From: an uncultured delta proteobacterium
Lineage (GTDB): Bacteria; Desulfobacterota; Binatia; UBA9968
Reading direction: 5' to 3'
Assembly: GCA_963745835.1 (NCBI GenBank)
Contig: CAVUZH010000019.1
Location: 448,001 to 512,000 of the forward strand
DNA: 64,000 nt
A program made the position numbers and the translations under genes. Shown one piece after another: positions 61,559 to 64,000 of this stretch; position 1 is the stretch's first letter, and each line of letters begins with the position of its first letter. Under the pieces are notes generated by a model that was given only the letters and a program-made list of their open reading frames with translations, did no database searches and was not told the origin of the DNA.

Positions 61559-62674
61559 CTACGATTCTGAGACGCGACTCAATTTAGCGGATAGAGCCGC
61601 CTTGGGATTATCGAAGAAGATCTTGTCGGTGAGCGCGCGTGGAATATCTTCCCGGGCGCGCATCGCCGCCACCAGCTGGCGCTCCTCGGAAGGATCCTGA
61701 TGTCCGTAGTCCGAGCCAATCAGGAGATGATCTTCGCCGGTATATTGAGCGATATAGCTTACGTCCTCATCCGCTTCGCAGGCAACGAAGATCCGATACT
61801 CGCGAAACATGTCCTGGTCCGAGGAGAATTTCCATTTTTCGCGGAACAATCTTTTGATGATGTGCATCATGAACGGCACCCAGCCGGCGGATGCTTCGAT
61901 GAAGCCAAATTTCAGGCGCGGAAACTGCTCCGGAATCTTGTTGGCAATCAGGTCACGAAACGCGAATAGCGGCTGCACACGGCTGTGGCCGAACGTATGA
62001 TTGCGCTCGACATCGAAGAGATTCAAAAACAGCGGGCAGCCCGCGCCGGTATGGATCAATACCGGCAGATCCGTATCGCTCGCCGCCTGATAAATCGGGT
62101 TGAAGTAAGGATTGTCGAGGGTCCTGAACCCTTCGATACCGCGGAAGAAAACTCCCACAGCGCCATTATCTTTGCCCCATTTGATTTCCTTCACCGACTC
62201 TTCTACCGAATGGAGCGGCGGCACCACCACCCAACTCATGCGCCCGCCGGATTTGGCGCATGCCTGCGCGATAAACCGGTTGTAAGCGCGAGCCATCGCC
62301 ACGTCCAAGGCTGTGTCATCGGTGACGTAGATCAGAAACAATGTCGGAAATACTACCTGCTTGTCGACGCCGAGCTTGTCCATGTCCTTGAGACGGCCCG
62401 GAATATCGGTCATCTCCCGGTAAGCCAAATGGATATCGCCCCGGGATGATTCCAACTTCGACGCCGACGGGGTAATCAAACGGAAACTACCCTTGCCATT
62501 GGGCTTGGGAAAGATGTTGCCGTCGATCAGCCAGAAAGCATTACGCGGCCCGTACAATGTATCTTCCGGAGCTTTGAGCAGCACCGGCCGTCGATGGTAC
62601 ATGTCCTTGTCGAGAAAGGTCCACATCGCTTCGGACTCTGAGATATGAGTATCGGCATCGATGATACCTGGCAT
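61559..62674 (-). CDS. Amidohydrolase_2 family protein
   Basis: IIDADTH, QVVFPT, IHTG, EASAGWVP, GSDYGH; last residues probably frameshifted (NPKRLYPLN* in another frame). Confidence 0.87.
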   Translation of the reverse strand: MPGIIDADTHISESEAMWTFLDKDMYHRRPVLLKAPEDTLYGPRNAFWLIDGNIFPKPNGKGSFRLITPSASKLESSRGDIHLAYREMTDIPGRLKDMDKLGVDKQVVFPTLFLIYVTDDTALDVAMARAYNRFIAQACAKSGGRMSWVVVPPLHSVEESVKEIKWGKDNGAVGVFFRGIEGFRTLDNPYFNPIYQAASDTDLPVLIHTGAGCPLFLNLFDVERNHTFGHSRVQPLFAFRDLIANKIPEQFPRLKFGFIEASAGWVPFMMHIIKRLFREKWKFSSDQDMFREYRIFVACEADEDVSYIAQYTGEDHLLIGSDYGHQDPSEERQLVAAMRAREDIPRALTDKIFFDNPKAALSAKLSRVSES

Positions 62675-62721
62675 GAGTGACCTCCTTCTGTAATTGTCTA
62701 ATATGTAGCTGGTAAAAACTT

Positions 62722-62797
62722 TTGTTCAACCGCTACGGCCAATGTTAATCCGTTCAACCGCGCCTACGTCGCTATTCAAACGTTCAATGGTTCAACG
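62722..62797. repeat. Degenerate gttcaa tandem repeat, same type as 44420-44578
   Basis: gttcaacc, cgttcaacc, attcaaacgttcaatggttcaa. Confidence 0.6.
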
Positions 62798-62878
62798 TCA
62801 GACAGCGCGCCTATTTTTTGTCGTTGACCGTTGATTGGGGCGTACTGTGCGCCGGTTGAACTGCTGAACGGCTGTTTA

Positions 62879-63778
62879 TCATATCCGTAGCGCTCCCGGG
62901 ATAATCCACTCCGAAGCAATCTGCTGCGCGCCGTCTGGAATGTTCGGCGCAATTTGCGCAACCAGTTTTTGTAAATGCTCGAAGTCCACGGTAAGGCGAT
63001 CATCCATGCAAATTAAATATTCGTCGAGCGTCTTCGCGGCTAATTCCGGCGAGTGCCCGAAGCGGGTTTGTAAAAGGCTCAGGGTATCGTCTCTATGAGT
63101 GCGCAAATACCGGATGCCTTCGCGATGTGCCTGGACAAATCGAGAGAAGTCGTCGGCGCGCTCTCGTGATAGTGAAGCCGTCGTTTCCATGGTTATCGGC
63201 AGCGGGTCGTCAACGATATCGGACCCTTCGTTAAGCCTTACGAATCCCTCCTCCTCTGCAATCAATGCGTACGGGCGCGGCAGCCAGGCGCCTTGAACTT
63301 GGCCTCCTAACAGAAGCCGGAAAGCGTCCTGGTCGCCTTCGGTAAACTGAAGAGTCAGATCCTTACCGAGTGTTAGGCCGGCTCTTTCTTCCAACAATCG
63401 TCCAAACGGCACGCCCCGGGCAGGACCTTCCCGGCAGGTGATCGTTTCATTTTTCAGTTCGCTAATCGTCTTGATCCCCTGAGTTGTCATTAGGTAATAG
63501 CTACAGCTATTCATGACACAACCCAACAGTTGGGTCTTTTTAGTATCGAGAAAGTGCTGCAGCGACGCGCGGCCTACTACCATTGAAATATGAGCGGCGC
63601 CGCTTTCGAGTTGCTGATAGCGCGCCTCCGTGCCTTGCACATGACGCCATGAAACATCCAGTCCATATTTTTCATAGATGTCGGCATCGATGGACAGGTA
63701 GCCGGAGGGGTCGCGCGCAAACTTGCCCTCGGTTCCTTCAAGGTGTCCATACATGACATTGAGCTTTGCGAGTTCCAT
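62879..63778 (-). CDS. ABC SBP-fold (NitT/TauT-like) protein without an obvious signal peptide
   Basis: YEKYGLDV, ELKNETI, FVQAHREGIRYL. Confidence 0.72.
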   Translation of the reverse strand: MELAKLNVMYGHLEGTEGKFARDPSGYLSIDADIYEKYGLDVSWRHVQGTEARYQQLESGAAHISMVVGRASLQHFLDTKKTQLLGCVMNSCSYYLMTTQGIKTISELKNETITCREGPARGVPFGRLLEERAGLTLGKDLTLQFTEGDQDAFRLLLGGQVQGAWLPRPYALIAEEEGFVRLNEGSDIVDDPLPITMETTASLSRERADDFSRFVQAHREGIRYLRTHRDDTLSLLQTRFGHSPELAAKTLDEYLICMDDRLTVDFEHLQKLVAQIAPNIPDGAQQIASEWIIPGALRI

Positions 63779-63861
63779 GCGAGCTCTCCTGTGCCGGTGA
63801 TTTCACCTTTCTATATTACGGATGGGTGCGGCAGACAAATAAATTGCGGGCAAGCTCCATA

Positions 63862-63891
63862 TTGACAGCGCGCTTGGCGCGGGAATAGAGT
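63862..63891 (+). promoter_or_regulatory. Putative sigma70 promoter
   Basis: TTGACA-N18-TAGAGT, followed by tgcag-N9-ctgca IR and an aggagg RBS. Confidence 0.45.
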
Positions 63892-63942
63892 CGCGGATAA
63901 GCAAGTGCAGTTAAACTACCTGCAACTAAAAAGGAGGTCATC

Positions 63943-64000
63943 ATGGAGACGAAGGACGTTTTCGAGTTAGCGAAGGAAAGAAAAAAGGGACAGCGGCGCC
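63943..64000 (+). CDS. Start of a CDS running off the window
   Basis: aaggagg RBS then ATG (METKDVFELAKERKK...). Confidence 0.6.
   Translation, partial: METKDVFELAKERKKGQRR

Overview
64 kb of a high-GC bacterial chromosome. The many orphan solute-binding proteins, amidohydrolases and degenerate intergenic repeats resemble Candidatus Binatia/deltaproteobacterial soil MAGs (inference only). About 55 CDS are present: a class V aminotransferase followed by an uncharacterised Fe-S two-gene module, two TRAP systems, glcD-glcF-glcE, glxR, a xanthine dehydrogenase-type Mo subunit, DAHP synthase, SelO, RNase H, a LigC-type ligase, mazEF, a LysR-associated catabolic block and many SBPs. Several single-base frameshifts in otherwise intact genes suggest long-read indel errors. 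Three observations stand out. (1) An IS110/IS1111-type element has its ends, duplicated TGA core and four putative bridge-RNA guide segments readable directly in the sequence. It is inserted into the terminal inverted repeat of a dispersed ~125-140 bp palindromic repeat, and an identical empty target is present 7 kb away. (2) The bacterial SelO gene has an in-frame UGA in place of its C-terminal Cys, followed by a bSECIS-like hairpin, making it a probable selenoprotein. (3) The Fe-S/Cys-motif gene pair is translationally coupled to the aminotransferase and has no function I can name. No rRNA, tRNA or CRISPR array was seen.
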